DNA from: an uncultured Chloroflexia bacterium
GTDB lineage: Bacteria > Chloroflexota > Limnocylindria > Limnocylindrales > CSP1-4
NCBI GenBank assembly: GCA_963828165.1
Contig: CAWHDR010000001.1
Span: 1,920,001-1,984,000 of the forward strand
Length of the DNA stretch: 64,000 nt
Reading direction: 5' to 3'
The translations under genes and the position numbers were made by a program. Under the pieces are notes generated by a model that was not told the DNA's origin, did no database searches, and saw nothing but the letters and a program-made list of their open reading frames with translations. Below are positions 37,568-47,406 of the stretch, in pieces; within the stretch, counting starts at the first letter, position 1; each line of letters opens with the position of its first letter.

Positions 37568-37600
37568 GCCGCCCTGGCCTCGTGCCAGGGCGGCGTCTTC
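37568..37600 (+). terminator. Hairpin terminator candidate after MFS gene
   Basis: GCCGCCCTGGC-ctcgt-GCCAGGGCGGC perfect 11-bp stem followed by GTCTTC. Confidence 0.5.
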
Positions 37601-37641
37601 GTCCCCGGGCCCGAGCGGCCGTCGGCTACCATTCGCGGGCG

Positions 37642-38934
37642 ATGACCCGCCCATCACCCGCCCCGTCCGTGCACGTCGACACCCTGTCGGTCGCCATGCT
37701 TGGCGCGGGCACCGTCGGTCGCGCCGTCGCGGAGTGGATGCTCGGCCAGCCCGACCGGCTGGTCATGGCTGACGGGGGCGGCGTCACCCTCGTCGCGATC
37801 GCCGTTCGCGACCTCGAACGCGCCCGGGAGGCGGGCATCCGCGGGGACCTGCTGACCGACGCGCCAGCCCACCTCGTCGCCGACCCGGAGACCGACGTCA
37901 TCATCGAGGTGATGGGCGGCGACGAACCGGCGCGGACGCTGATCGTGGCCGCGCTCCGTGCCGGCAAGGCGGTCGTCACCGCGAACAAGCACGTGATCGC
38001 CCACCACGGCCCGGACCTCGAGGCGGCTGCCCGGCTGACCGGGGCGGCCCTTCGGTTCGAGGCCGCCGTGGCCGGAGGCATCCCAGTGCTGGGCACGCTG
38101 GCCGGCGACCTCGCCGCCAACGACATCCAGCGCGTCCGCGGCATCGTGAACGGCACCACGAACTACATCCTGACGGCGATGGCCGACGATGGCCGGCCGT
38201 ACGACGAGGTCCTCGAGGATGCCCAGGAGCTGGGCTACGCGGAGGCTGACCCGACCGGCGACGTCGAGGGCGATGACGCGGTGAACAAGCTCGTGATCCT
38301 CGCTCGGCTCGCGTTCGGTCAGTGGCTGGATCCCGGAACGGTCGGGCGACGGCCGCCGTCGGCGCGCGGCGACGGCAAGCCCGGCATCACCGGCGTCACC
38401 GACCAGGAGCTCGAGGGTGCGGCGGCTCTGGGCCTGACGATCAAGCTGCTTGCCACCGCCACGCGCCGCGACGGGGCTATCGAGGCCTCCGTCATCCCGA
38501 CCGCGGTGCCGGCCGACAGTCCCTTCGGCTGGACCGAGGGCGTCACCAACCGCATCGAGATCGACGCCGAGCCGCTTGGCACGCTCGGCCTGTCGGGACC
38601 GGGCGCCGGTGGGCCCGCGACCAGCAGCGCCATCCTCGGCGATCTCCTGGCGATCGGTCGCGGCCTCGGATCGACCTGGGCCGCTCTGCCCGCGGCGACC
38701 GGACCGGCCACGGCAGCCGCCGACCCCTTCGATGGCCGGCGTCACTGGTTCGCCTTCCTGCCGGCGGTCAAGCCGGGGCCGCTCCCTGACGCCCTCGACG
38801 AGGCCGCCGCAGTCGGGTTCGAGGACGGCACGGCCATCCGCAGCGAGGTCGTGACCCTGGCCCAGGCGAAGGCGGCCTTCGCGGCCATCCTGCCGGACGG
38901 CGTCGACGTCACGCTCTACCCCGTCGATGACTGA
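37642..38934 (+). CDS. hom: Homoserine dehydrogenase
   Basis: [53 protein letters not shown]. Confidence 0.93.
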   Translation: MTRPSPAPSVHVDTLSVAMLGAGTVGRAVAEWMLGQPDRLVMADGGGVTLVAIAVRDLERAREAGIRGDLLTDAPAHLVADPETDVIIEVMGGDEPARTLIVAALRAGKAVVTANKHVIAHHGPDLEAAARLTGAALRFEAAVAGGIPVLGTLAGDLAANDIQRVRGIVNGTTNYILTAMADDGRPYDEVLEDAQELGYAEADPTGDVEGDDAVNKLVILARLAFGQWLDPGTVGRRPPSARGDGKPGITGVTDQELEGAAALGLTIKLLATATRRDGAIEASVIPTAVPADSPFGWTEGVTNRIEIDAEPLGTLGLSGPGAGGPATSSAILGDLLAIGRGLGSTWAALPAATGPATAAADPFDGRRHWFAFLPAVKPGPLPDALDEAAAVGFEDGTAIRSEVVTLAQAKAAFAAILPDGVDVTLYPVDD

Positions 38935-40015
38935 CGCGGTGACGGCCGACGCGACCGCCCGGCCGCGGCTGATGGAGCGGTACCGCCGCTTCCTGCCGAT
39001 CACGGATGCCACCCCGGCGCTGACCCTCGGGGAGGGAGCGACGCCGCTCGTCCGCGCCGAGCGTCTCGGGGCGGCGATCGGGGCCCCGAACCTGTACCTC
39101 AAGGTCGAGGGCCAGAACCCGACCGGGTCGTTCAAGGACCGCGGGATGGTCGTGGCGGTGGCCAAGGCCGTGGAGGCTGGGGCGAGGGCCGTCGTGTGCG
39201 CGTCGACCGGCAACACGTCCGCGTCCGCTGCCGCGTACGGCGCCCACGCCGGACTGGAGGTCATCGTGATCCTGCCCAAGGGCCAGATCGCCCTCGGCAA
39301 GCTCGTGGCCGCGCTCATCGCCGGCGCCCGGGTCGTCGCCATCGACGGCAACTTCGACCAGGCGCTCCACATCGTACGGGGACTGGCCGAGCAGGACGAC
39401 CATCCCGTCACCCTGGTCAACTCGGTCAACCCGTTCCGCCTCGAGGGCCAGAAGACCGCGGCTTTCGAGATCTGCGACGACCTCGGGCGCCCCCCTGACA
39501 TCCTGGCGATCCCGGTCGGGAACGCCGGCAACATCAGCGCCTACTGGGCTGGGTTCGGCGAGTACGCCGATGCCGGGCTCACGACATCGACACCCGCGAT
39601 GTGGGGCTTCCAGGCTGCCGGTGCCGCCCCCCTGGTACACGGTCGACGCGTGGAGCGGCCGGAAACGATCGCGACCGCCATCCGGATCGGCGATCCGGCG
39701 TCGTGGGAGAAGGCCGAGGCCGCGCGCGACGAGAGCGGCGGTCGCATCGAGGCGGTGACGGACGACGAGATCCTGGCCGCGTACCGCGATCTGGCTCAGA
39801 CGGAGGGCGTGTTCTGCGAGCCCGCCTCGGCGGCGAGCGTGGCCGGCGTCCGCAAGATGGCGGCGGCCGGCCGCCTGGACCCCGACGCCACGGTCGTCGC
39901 CGTACTGACCGGCCATGGTCTCAAGGACCCAGGAACCGCCGAACGCCAGGCCGCGGGCGTGCTCGAGGCCGCGCCGAGCCTGGGTGCCGTGGCCGTCGCC
40001 CTTGGCTGGAGCTAG
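38927..40015 (+). CDS. thrC: Threonine synthase
   Basis: [50 protein letters not shown]. Confidence 0.95.
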   Translation: MTDAVTADATARPRLMERYRRFLPITDATPALTLGEGATPLVRAERLGAAIGAPNLYLKVEGQNPTGSFKDRGMVVAVAKAVEAGARAVVCASTGNTSASAAAYGAHAGLEVIVILPKGQIALGKLVAALIAGARVVAIDGNFDQALHIVRGLAEQDDHPVTLVNSVNPFRLEGQKTAAFEICDDLGRPPDILAIPVGNAGNISAYWAGFGEYADAGLTTSTPAMWGFQAAGAAPLVHGRRVERPETIATAIRIGDPASWEKAEAARDESGGRIEAVTDDEILAAYRDLAQTEGVFCEPASAASVAGVRKMAAAGRLDPDATVVAVLTGHGLKDPGTAERQAAGVLEAAPSLGAVAVALGWS

Positions 40016-40019
40016 GGCG

Positions 40020-40982
40020 ATGGGCGGGCACTGGCTGGCCGAGCTCGACGGGCGCCGGGTCACGGTAGAGGTCCCGGCAACGTCGGCCAATCTCGGGGCG
40101 GGCTACGACTGTCTCGGGGTGGCGCTGGACCTGACCAACCGCGTGGAGCTCGAGGTTCGCGGCTGGAGCCGCGGCGAGATCGAGCTGACCGTCGACGGTG
40201 AGGGCAGTGGTGAGCTGAGCGACAACCCGGAGAACCAATTCGTGCGCGGGCTCGAGGCGGCGCTCGTCGAGGGGCGCGGGGAGCTTCCGAACGGGGTGGG
40301 CTGGCGGATCTCCATGCGCAACAAGATCCCGCTCGCACGGGGCCTGGGTTCGTCGGCGGCGGCCACCGTTGCCGGCGTCGTGGCGGCGAACGCGCTCATG
40401 GGCGGGCCGCTGGACGGCGACGCCCAATTGCGCATCGCGACCTCGATCGAGGGCCACCCGGACAACGCCGCGGCCGCCATGCTGGGCGGGTTCGTGATAT
40501 CGGCTTCGACGCCGGACGGCGTGGAGGCGATCCGCTTCGATGTCCCCCGTGAGCTGCGGGCCGTCCTGTTCATCCCGGAGCTGCGGCTGTCCACGGCGGC
40601 GATGCGTCGCGCGCTCCCCAAGAACGTGCCGCTGGCCGACGCGGTCGCGAACCTGGGGGCTGTTGGCGTCGGCGTGGCCGGCCTGGCCGCCGGTCGGACC
40701 GATCTCCTGGCACGCATGACCGTGGACCGACTCCACGAGCCCTACCGGGCGAAGGTCTATCCCCAGCTGCCGCGGCTGGTCGCGGCCGCCCGCGAAGCCG
40801 GCGCCCTTGGGGCGTGCCTGTCGGGCGCGGGCTCCACGATCCTGGCCTTCGTGGATTCGATGACCGGGATCTCGAGGGTCGAGGGCGCGCTCGCGGCGGC
40901 CGCCGCCGACACCGACCTGGAGGGCCGCATCCTGGTCGTCCAGCCCCGGAACGCCGGGGCCAGGATCGTGTCGACCGCCTGA
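40020..40982 (+). CDS. thrB: Homoserine kinase
   Basis: VPATSANLGAGYD, IPLARGLGSSAAA, EGHPDN, DRLHEPYR, LSGAGS. Confidence 0.95.
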   Translation: MGGHWLAELDGRRVTVEVPATSANLGAGYDCLGVALDLTNRVELEVRGWSRGEIELTVDGEGSGELSDNPENQFVRGLEAALVEGRGELPNGVGWRISMRNKIPLARGLGSSAAATVAGVVAANALMGGPLDGDAQLRIATSIEGHPDNAAAAMLGGFVISASTPDGVEAIRFDVPRELRAVLFIPELRLSTAAMRRALPKNVPLADAVANLGAVGVGVAGLAAGRTDLLARMTVDRLHEPYRAKVYPQLPRLVAAAREAGALGACLSGAGSTILAFVDSMTGISRVEGALAAAAADTDLEGRILVVQPRNAGARIVSTA

Positions 40983-41001
40983 GATCCGGAGTGGTGCGGA
41001 G

Positions 41002-41030
41002 CGGTCCGCGACGGTCCGCGACGGTCCGCG
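41002..41030 (+). repeat. Three tandem copies of a 10-bp unit (CGGTCCGCGA)
   Basis: gcggtccgcg acggtccgcg acggtccgcg between thrB and a small gene. Confidence 0.7.
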
Positions 41031-41060
41031 TCGGTTGACGCCGCCGCCACACTCGAAGGC

Positions 41061-41246
41061 ATGGATGGCTTGGTCGGGGCGGTCGGCAACGGCATCACGG
41101 GGCTCGTCGGTGGGGCCATGGACGCGATCGGCGGCGCGCTGCGCGGCATCGTCAACGCCGGGAACCAGGCGCTGCCGGGCGGCCTGTTCTGGGCAGTGAT
41201 CTTCGTGCTCCTGGTCATCGGCGGGTGGACCCTGGCGAAGCGCTGA
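41061..41246 (+). CDS. Small Gly-rich membrane protein (61 aa)
   Basis: Amphipathic Gly-rich N-terminus plus C-terminal TM ending WTLAKR; CACACT 7 nt upstream of the ATG. Confidence 0.55.
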   Translation: MDGLVGAVGNGITGLVGGAMDAIGGALRGIVNAGNQALPGGLFWAVIFVLLVIGGWTLAKR

Positions 41247-42021
41247 CCGACGACGCCGACGCGATGAAGTCCTGGATCTCGCCCCACGCCGCCTCGCTCT
41301 CGGCCGCGAACTCCGTGGCCTTGCGGTCGAAGAAGCCGTGGGGAGCATCGGGGTAGGTCACGATCCGATGCTCCACACCCAAGGCGTCGAGGGCCGCGTC
41401 GAACGCGGCGACCTGATCCGGCGTGATGCTCTGGTCGGCCCCGCCGAACAGTCCCAGCACCGGCGAGGCGAACGAATCGACGAGGTCGAGCGGCGCCGGG
41501 GCGTCGTTACGCCACGGCCCGGCGAGCGTGCCGTACAGGCCGATCACGCCGGCGAGGTCTAGGTCGAGCGTCGCGGCCAGGAACGACATCCGCCCGCCCA
41601 CGCAGAACCCGAGCGTGAAGACCGCCTGCGGCTGCTCATCGTCGGAGCCGGGATCGCCGCGCACGGCCGTGACGGCCGCCTCGATGTCCGCCGTGATGCC
41701 GGCCCAGGTCGTTTGCGCCACGTGTGGTGCGTAGTCGAAGTCGGCGCCGCGTCGCTCGGCGCCCCCGGTCCGGCCGAACCAGTCGATCGCGATCGCGTCC
41801 GTGCCGCGCTCCGCGAATCGCAGCGCGAGCTCCTCGTAGTAGGGATGGAGCCCACGCACATCGGGCAGGATCACGACCGCGGCGGCGCCCGCCGAAGCCG
41901 GCCGGGCGCGGAAGGCCGCGAGCCGGTTCCCGTCGGCCGCCGTGAGCTCGGTCATGGCGCCGTCGATCGCCCCACCCGCGATCGGGGGGATCGGCGGCCG
42001 GCTGTCGTGGTCGAAACACAT
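41215..42021 (-). CDS. Dienelactone hydrolase family protein
   Basis: LPDVRGL, GFCVGG nucleophile motif, FGGAD, YPDAPHGF. Confidence 0.88.
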   Translation of the reverse strand: MCFDHDSRPPIPPIAGGAIDGAMTELTAADGNRLAAFRARPASAGAAAVVILPDVRGLHPYYEELALRFAERGTDAIAIDWFGRTGGAERRGADFDYAPHVAQTTWAGITADIEAAVTAVRGDPGSDDEQPQAVFTLGFCVGGRMSFLAATLDLDLAGVIGLYGTLAGPWRNDAPAPLDLVDSFASPVLGLFGGADQSITPDQVAAFDAALDALGVEHRIVTYPDAPHGFFDRKATEFAAESEAAWGEIQDFIASASSVSASPGSTRR

Positions 42022-42212
42022 GGCGAGACCTCGCGTGCGAGCCGACGCCCGGCGGGCGTCGAAACATTCGAATTCGAAGTATCCGCGAGGGGCCGCCGAC
42101 CGCCCACGACTGGCGACCTTCGTCGGCGAAAGCTTCGATTTCGAAGGATCCCGTGCGCGGCAGCCAACGGCTCGCTCAGGAGCCCGAGGGCGTGACGGTA
42201 GAATGGCGCGCG

Positions 42213-43475
42213 ATGCCCAACCCGCTCGTCGTCCAGAAATTCGGTGGCTCATCGGTCGCCGGTGCGGATCGCATCAAGCGCGTCGCCCGGCGGATCGCAC
42301 GTGAGCGCGCGGCCGGCCACGACCTCGTTGTCGTCGTGTCCGCCATGGGCGACACGACGGATGAGCTCCTCGGGCTCGCCGCAGGCATCACCGATGAACC
42401 CGACCCGCGAGAGCTCGACGTCCTGCTCGCGACCGGCGAGCATCAGAGCGCGACGCTGGTCTCGATGGCCCTGCACGCGATCGGCGTTCCGGCGATCAGC
42501 CTGAGCGGCCCGCAGGCCGGCATCACGACCGACGGCACATACGGACGCGCCCGGATCGCGGGGATCGAGCCACGTCGTGTGCGCGCGGAGATCGAGGGCG
42601 GGAAAGTCGTGATCGTGGCGGGGTTCCAGGGTCAGAGCGCCACGTCCGCGATCGATCAGGAGATCACGACGCTGGGCCGCGGTGGCAGCGACACGACCGC
42701 CGTGGCGCTCGCGGCCGCCCTCCAGGCGGACCGCTGCCAGATCTTCACCGACGTGCGCGGCATCTTCACCGCCGATCCGCGCCTCGTGCCCATGGCCCGG
42801 CAGTTGCCGATCGTCGGCTACGAGGAGATGCTCGAGCTCGCCCACCAGGGCGCCCAGGTCATGCAGGTCCGGGCCGTCGAGCTCGGTTGGGTCAACGACG
42901 TCGTCATCGAAGTCCTGAGCTCCTTCGAGGACGCCCCGGGCACGCTCATCAAGGAGGACCCGCTCGTGGAGCAGCGCAACAAGGTCCGCGGGCTCGCCCA
43001 CGACCGCAACGTGGCCAAGGTCACGGTCGTCGCCGTGCCGGACCGGCCCGGCATCGCCCGCGCGATCTTCGATCCGCTGGCCGCCGCCGGCGTCAACATC
43101 GACCTCATCGTCCAGAACGTCGGCCACGGTGGTGAGACCGACCTCTCGTTCACCGTGCCCCAGCTCGAGCTCGGGAAGGCCAAGAAGACGCTCGATCCGG
43201 TCGTTCGCGAACTCGGGGCACGGGAGCTGACCACGGACGCCTCGGTCGCAAAGGTGTCGATCGTGGGGGCCGGGCTCCACAACGCACCGGGCTACGCCGC
43301 TCGGATGTTCGGCACGCTCGCCGATGCGGGCGTGAACATCGAGATGATCTCGACGTCGGAGGTCCGGATCACCTGCATGATCGCCGAGGATGAGCTCGAG
43401 ACCGCGCTGCGTGCGCTGCACGAGGCGTTCGAGCTGGAGCGACCCGAGCCGATCGAGGTCGCGGCGGCCGGCTGA
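42213..43475 (+). CDS. lysC: Aspartate kinase
   Basis: VVQKFGGSSV, SAMGDTTD, TTLGRGGSDTTA, two ACT domains, ISTSEVRI. Confidence 0.95.
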   Translation: MPNPLVVQKFGGSSVAGADRIKRVARRIARERAAGHDLVVVVSAMGDTTDELLGLAAGITDEPDPRELDVLLATGEHQSATLVSMALHAIGVPAISLSGPQAGITTDGTYGRARIAGIEPRRVRAEIEGGKVVIVAGFQGQSATSAIDQEITTLGRGGSDTTAVALAAALQADRCQIFTDVRGIFTADPRLVPMARQLPIVGYEEMLELAHQGAQVMQVRAVELGWVNDVVIEVLSSFEDAPGTLIKEDPLVEQRNKVRGLAHDRNVAKVTVVAVPDRPGIARAIFDPLAAAGVNIDLIVQNVGHGGETDLSFTVPQLELGKAKKTLDPVVRELGARELTTDASVAKVSIVGAGLHNAPGYAARMFGTLADAGVNIEMISTSEVRITCMIAEDELETALRALHEAFELERPEPIEVAAAG

Positions 43476-43486
43476 GCCGCAGCACC

Positions 43487-44305
43487 GTGACCGGGTTCCT
43501 CACCCGCCAGGAACGGTTCACCGTCGTCGGCTCGACGAACGACGTCGTGCGCGACTGGCTGGCCGCTGGGACCCCGGAGGTCTGCCTGGCGGTCGCCGAC
43601 GCGCAGACCGCGGGTCGCGGGCGAGAGGGCCGGACCTGGGTCGCCCCCGCGGGTGGCGCGTTGTTGCTCTCGCTCGGGTTCCGGCCGGCGTGGCTCGCAC
43701 CGGACCGGGTCTGGCGTCTGGCCGCGACGGCGTCACTGGCCATGGCCGAGGCGGCCGAGCACATCGCCGGGCTGCCGGACCGGACGATCCGACTGAAATG
43801 GCCAAACGACCTGGCGGTGGAAGCCACCGACGGCGTGCGCAAGCTGGCCGGAGTGCTCGGTGAGACCGATGGCCTGGGCGGGCCGGACCCGCGCGCGATC
43901 ATCGGCCTCGGGCTGAACACGGATTGGGCGGCAGACGACTTCCCACCCGAGCTTGCCGGGTCGATGACCTCGCTGCGCGAGGTGTCGTCGGGCCGTCCGA
44001 TCGACAACGACGCGCTGCTCGACGGGTTCCTCCGGCGACTGGAAGCGGACTTTTCGGCGCTGCGCCGCGGCCAGTTCGATATCGCCGCCTGGGCCGACCG
44101 GCAGATGACGAGCGGACGCCACGTCGAGCTCGTCGCCCCGGACGGTGCCGTGACCACAGTCCAGGCCCTTGGCGTGGACCCGGACACGGGTGCGCTCGCG
44201 GTCGAGGACGACAGCGTGCCGTCTGGCGCGCGCCACGTCGTCGTCGGGGAGATCCGTCACGTGCGCGTGGCCGCGACGGGCGCTGCGACCGGGGCCGGGG
44301 TGTAA
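43487..44305 (+). CDS. birA: Biotin-[acetyl-CoA-carboxylase] ligase without HTH domain (group I)
   Basis: STND, QTAGRGREGRTW, LKWPND, RKLAGVL, IGLGLN; no N-terminal winged helix. Confidence 0.9.
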   Translation: MTGFLTRQERFTVVGSTNDVVRDWLAAGTPEVCLAVADAQTAGRGREGRTWVAPAGGALLLSLGFRPAWLAPDRVWRLAATASLAMAEAAEHIAGLPDRTIRLKWPNDLAVEATDGVRKLAGVLGETDGLGGPDPRAIIGLGLNTDWAADDFPPELAGSMTSLREVSSGRPIDNDALLDGFLRRLEADFSALRRGQFDIAAWADRQMTSGRHVELVAPDGAVTTVQALGVDPDTGALAVEDDSVPSGARHVVVGEIRHVRVAATGAATGAGV

Positions 44306-44309
44306 CGGG

Positions 44310-44948
44310 ATGGCACGACCGGCATTGAGGAGACTGGCACGACCGGAGGAGACCGTTCGTCCACGCCTCGCCCGCCTGGATCGCGATCGATCGCTCGTGG
44401 ATGCGGCGCGGAACGATCCGGCACGGTTCGACGCCCTGTATCGGAAGTACCTGGCCCAGGTGTACAACTTCGCGGTCTACGAGCTCGGCGACCACCACGA
44501 CGCCGAGGACGCCACCGAGCGCACCTTCCTGTCCGCCCTCGCCGGCCTGACCGGTTTCGAGGAGCGAGCGCGGCCAGAGGACGGGCCCGAGGCGTCCACG
44601 TTCCGGATCTGGCTGTTCCAGATCGCGCGCAACGTCGTGTCGGAGCGCCGGCGCCGCCGCCGTCGCCGACCGGAGGCCCCCCTCGAGATCGTCGCCGAGG
44701 CTCCCGACCCCGCCAACCTCGAGGAGACCGTCGTGCGGCGCGAGTTGGCGACCGCCGCATGGGGCGCCGTGGACCGTCTCACCGGGGATCGCCGTCGGGC
44801 GGTCGTCCTGCGGTTCGTCCACGAGATGACGACCGCGGAGATCGCGTCGATCCTGGGTCGGTCCGAGGGTGCGGTCCGGGTCCTCATCCACCGCGGCCTG
44901 CGGCGCGTGGCGGGCGATCTCCTGGCGCCGGATCGGGATCCTCGGTGA
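44310..44948 (+). CDS. ECF RNA polymerase sigma factor
   Basis: FDALYRKY, DAEDATERTF, FRIWLFQIARN (region 2); EIASILGRSEGAVRVLIHRGL (region 4). Confidence 0.9.
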   Translation: MARPALRRLARPEETVRPRLARLDRDRSLVDAARNDPARFDALYRKYLAQVYNFAVYELGDHHDAEDATERTFLSALAGLTGFEERARPEDGPEASTFRIWLFQIARNVVSERRRRRRRRPEAPLEIVAEAPDPANLEETVVRRELATAAWGAVDRLTGDRRRAVVLRFVHEMTTAEIASILGRSEGAVRVLIHRGLRRVAGDLLAPDRDPR

Positions 44949-45412
44949 ACGGAGCAGGTACCACGCGCGATGGGGAGAACGAGGCGTTCGTGATCGACCG
45001 CTACCTCGAGTCGCTGCTGAGCCGAACACCGGCGGACGCGACCGACCTTGCGCCGGAGCTCCGTGAGACCGCTGCGGCGCTCGCGGGCGGGCTTCCCCGT
45101 TACCACCCGTCCTTCCGGTTCGAGGAAGCGCTCGCCCAGCGGCTCGCGCACGCCGCCGCGGCCATGGGACCCGCCGCCGAGCCGGTCGCCGAAACGGCTT
45201 CCGGCATCATCCCGTTCCCGCGACCCCTGGTCATGGATGCGGCGCTGGACGGGCGTCCCGGTACCTTCCGGCCAGCCGTCATCGGTGGCGTCCTGACGTC
45301 GGCGGCGATCTCCCTGGCCGGGGCGGCCTACGTCGCCTGGCGACGCAGCCGGCCGGCGGCCGATCCGATGGCCCGCGCGATCCGCGCCGCAGCCCGGCGA
45401 AGGACCGCCTGA
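44945..45412 (+). CDS. Putative membrane anti-sigma-like protein
   Basis: Coupled to the ECF gene (GTGA); N-terminal helical region with PSFRFEEALAQRL; single C-terminal TM. Confidence 0.55.
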   Translation: MNGAGTTRDGENEAFVIDRYLESLLSRTPADATDLAPELRETAAALAGGLPRYHPSFRFEEALAQRLAHAAAAMGPAAEPVAETASGIIPFPRPLVMDAALDGRPGTFRPAVIGGVLTSAAISLAGAAYVAWRRSRPAADPMARAIRAAARRRTA

Positions 45413-47403
45413 TGCCGCTCAAATTGCCGTCGTTCCGTGCCCGCCGGGACGTGTACCCGCCTGACCTGTGGACCAAGTGTCCGGTGTGCTCGACCATGCT
45501 CTTCAACAAGCAGCTCGAGAAGAACCTTCGAGTGTGCTCGACGTGCGGGCACCATTTCCGCCTGGCCGCCGGCGCGCGTCTCGAGCAGCTCCTCGACCCC
45601 GGCTCGTGGTTGGAGCGCGATGCCGGGCTGCAATCAGTCGATGCCCTGGGCTTCGTGGATCAGAAGCCGTACCCCGACCGACTGAGCGCCGCCCAGCTCG
45701 CGACGGGCATGCGAGACGCCGCCGTCTGGGGAACGGGCGCGATCGGGGGCACGCGGCTGGCCGCCTGCGTGATGGACTTCGGGTTCATGGGCGGCTCGAT
45801 GGGCGCGGTCGTCGGCGAGAAGGTGACCCGTGCGGCCGAACACGCCCTCGTGGCCCGCGTGCCGTTGCTGATCGTCAGCGCCTCGGGCGGGGCGCGGATG
45901 CAGGAGGGGACGCTGGCGCTGATGCAGCTGGCCAAGACCCTCGCGGCCCTCGAACGGCTACGCGCGGCGGGTGTGCCATTCGTCTCGATCCTGTCGGACC
46001 CGACGACGGGCGGGGTGTTCGCCTCCTTCGCGGCGGTCGGTGACGTGAACATCGCCGAGCCGAATGCCCTCATCGGGTTCGCCGGCGCCCGGGTCACGGC
46101 CGGCACGATCGCCGCCGAGCTGCCCGAAGGGTTCCAGCGCGCCGAGTTCCTGTACAGCCACGGGTTCATCGACCGGGTGGTGGCACGTCCCGAGATGCGC
46201 GGCGAGCTCACGCACCTGCTACGCCTGTTGCCCTCGCGCGGCATGACCGCCCCGCCGGTGGACCCCGCCGACGACGTCGCCGCGTTCCGGCCCCTGTCCT
46301 TCCTCTCGTCGATCGCGGACCGGGTGGGCGAGCTGGCGAACGGCGACGGTCCCCCGGCGCCCGCGCCTGCACGCGGCGAAGGCGGGAGCCCGGTCCCGAA
46401 CACGCTCCCGATGCCGGCGCCGGACAGCAACCCCACGGACGGGGCCCCGCCGAGCACGGCCACGACCGAGGAGGTCTGGGCGCGCGTCCAGCTGGCGCGC
46501 AACCTGCGCCGTCCGCGCACCCTCGAGTTCATCGCCGCGATGGCCGACGACTTCGTCGAACTCCACGGCGATCGGCTGTTCGGCGACGACGAGGCCATGG
46601 TCGCGGGCCTGGCCAGGATCGGGGGACGACGAGTCGTCGTGATCGGGCAGCAGAAGGGCGACGACACCGACGAGAACATCCGGCGCAACTTCGGCATGCC
46701 GCACCCCGAGGGCTACCGCAAGGCGATGCGGGTCATGGAGCTTGCCGAACGCGTCGGCCTGCCGGTCGTCACCTTCGTCGACGTCCCGGGCGCCCATCCG
46801 GGGCCCGAGTCGGAAGAGCGCGGCATCGCCGAGGCGATCGCCCGCTCGATCGGGCTGATGACCAGGCTGCGGACGCCGATCGTCGCGGTCATCACCGGCG
46901 AGGGTGGGTCGGGTGGAGCGCTGGCCATCGCCGTCGGGGACGTGGTCATCGCGCTCGAGAATGCCGTCTACTCGGTGATCAGCCCCGAAGGCTGCGCGTC
47001 GATCCTGTGGCGGACCTCGGATGAGGCCGCGACAGCCGCCGCCGCGATGCGCATGTCCGCGGCGGATCAGCACGCCCTCGGCGTGGTCGACATCGTCGTC
47101 GCCGAGCCAGGTGAGGGCGCGCACGCCGAGCCTGAGGAGACGGCCAAGCGCCTGCGCAGGATCATCGTCGACCGTCTCGACGCGCTGGCGGAGCTGCCCA
47201 CCGAAGCCCTGCTCGAATCGCGCTACCGGCGCTATCGGGCGTTGGGCGCCTACACTGAGGCCGCCCAACCCGAAGTCCCCGAACGTGTCGATCGTCGCCT
47301 GGCGGATCGATTGCGAGACCTGCTCGACCCGGCCCGTCGGGGCATGGCCCCGGTCACTGACAGCTGGTCCCGCGATGACCCGCCGGCGCGCGAGGAGGTG
47401 TAG
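45412..47403 (+). CDS. accDA: Fused acetyl-CoA carboxylase carboxyltransferase beta-alpha (AccD-AccA)
   Basis: LWTKCPVC..CSTC zinc finger, GGSMG, SGGARMQEG (AccD); Pro-rich linker; RNFGMPHPEGYRKA, GEGGSGGA, YSVISPEGCASILW (AccA). Confidence 0.93.
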   Translation: MPLKLPSFRARRDVYPPDLWTKCPVCSTMLFNKQLEKNLRVCSTCGHHFRLAAGARLEQLLDPGSWLERDAGLQSVDALGFVDQKPYPDRLSAAQLATGMRDAAVWGTGAIGGTRLAACVMDFGFMGGSMGAVVGEKVTRAAEHALVARVPLLIVSASGGARMQEGTLALMQLAKTLAALERLRAAGVPFVSILSDPTTGGVFASFAAVGDVNIAEPNALIGFAGARVTAGTIAAELPEGFQRAEFLYSHGFIDRVVARPEMRGELTHLLRLLPSRGMTAPPVDPADDVAAFRPLSFLSSIADRVGELANGDGPPAPAPARGEGGSPVPNTLPMPAPDSNPTDGAPPSTATTEEVWARVQLARNLRRPRTLEFIAAMADDFVELHGDRLFGDDEAMVAGLARIGGRRVVVIGQQKGDDTDENIRRNFGMPHPEGYRKAMRVMELAERVGLPVVTFVDVPGAHPGPESEERGIAEAIARSIGLMTRLRTPIVAVITGEGGSGGALAIAVGDVVIALENAVYSVISPEGCASILWRTSDEAATAAAAMRMSAADQHALGVVDIVVAEPGEGAHAEPEETAKRLRRIIVDRLDALAELPTEALLESRYRRYRALGAYTEAAQPEVPERVDRRLADRLRDLLDPARRGMAPVTDSWSRDDPPAREEV

Positions 47404-47406
47404 CGA

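Noticed and set aside
42022-42212. Lysine riboswitch upstream of lysC
   Set aside because: No recognisable L-box consensus, and a -10 hexamer lies 8 nt from the ATG.
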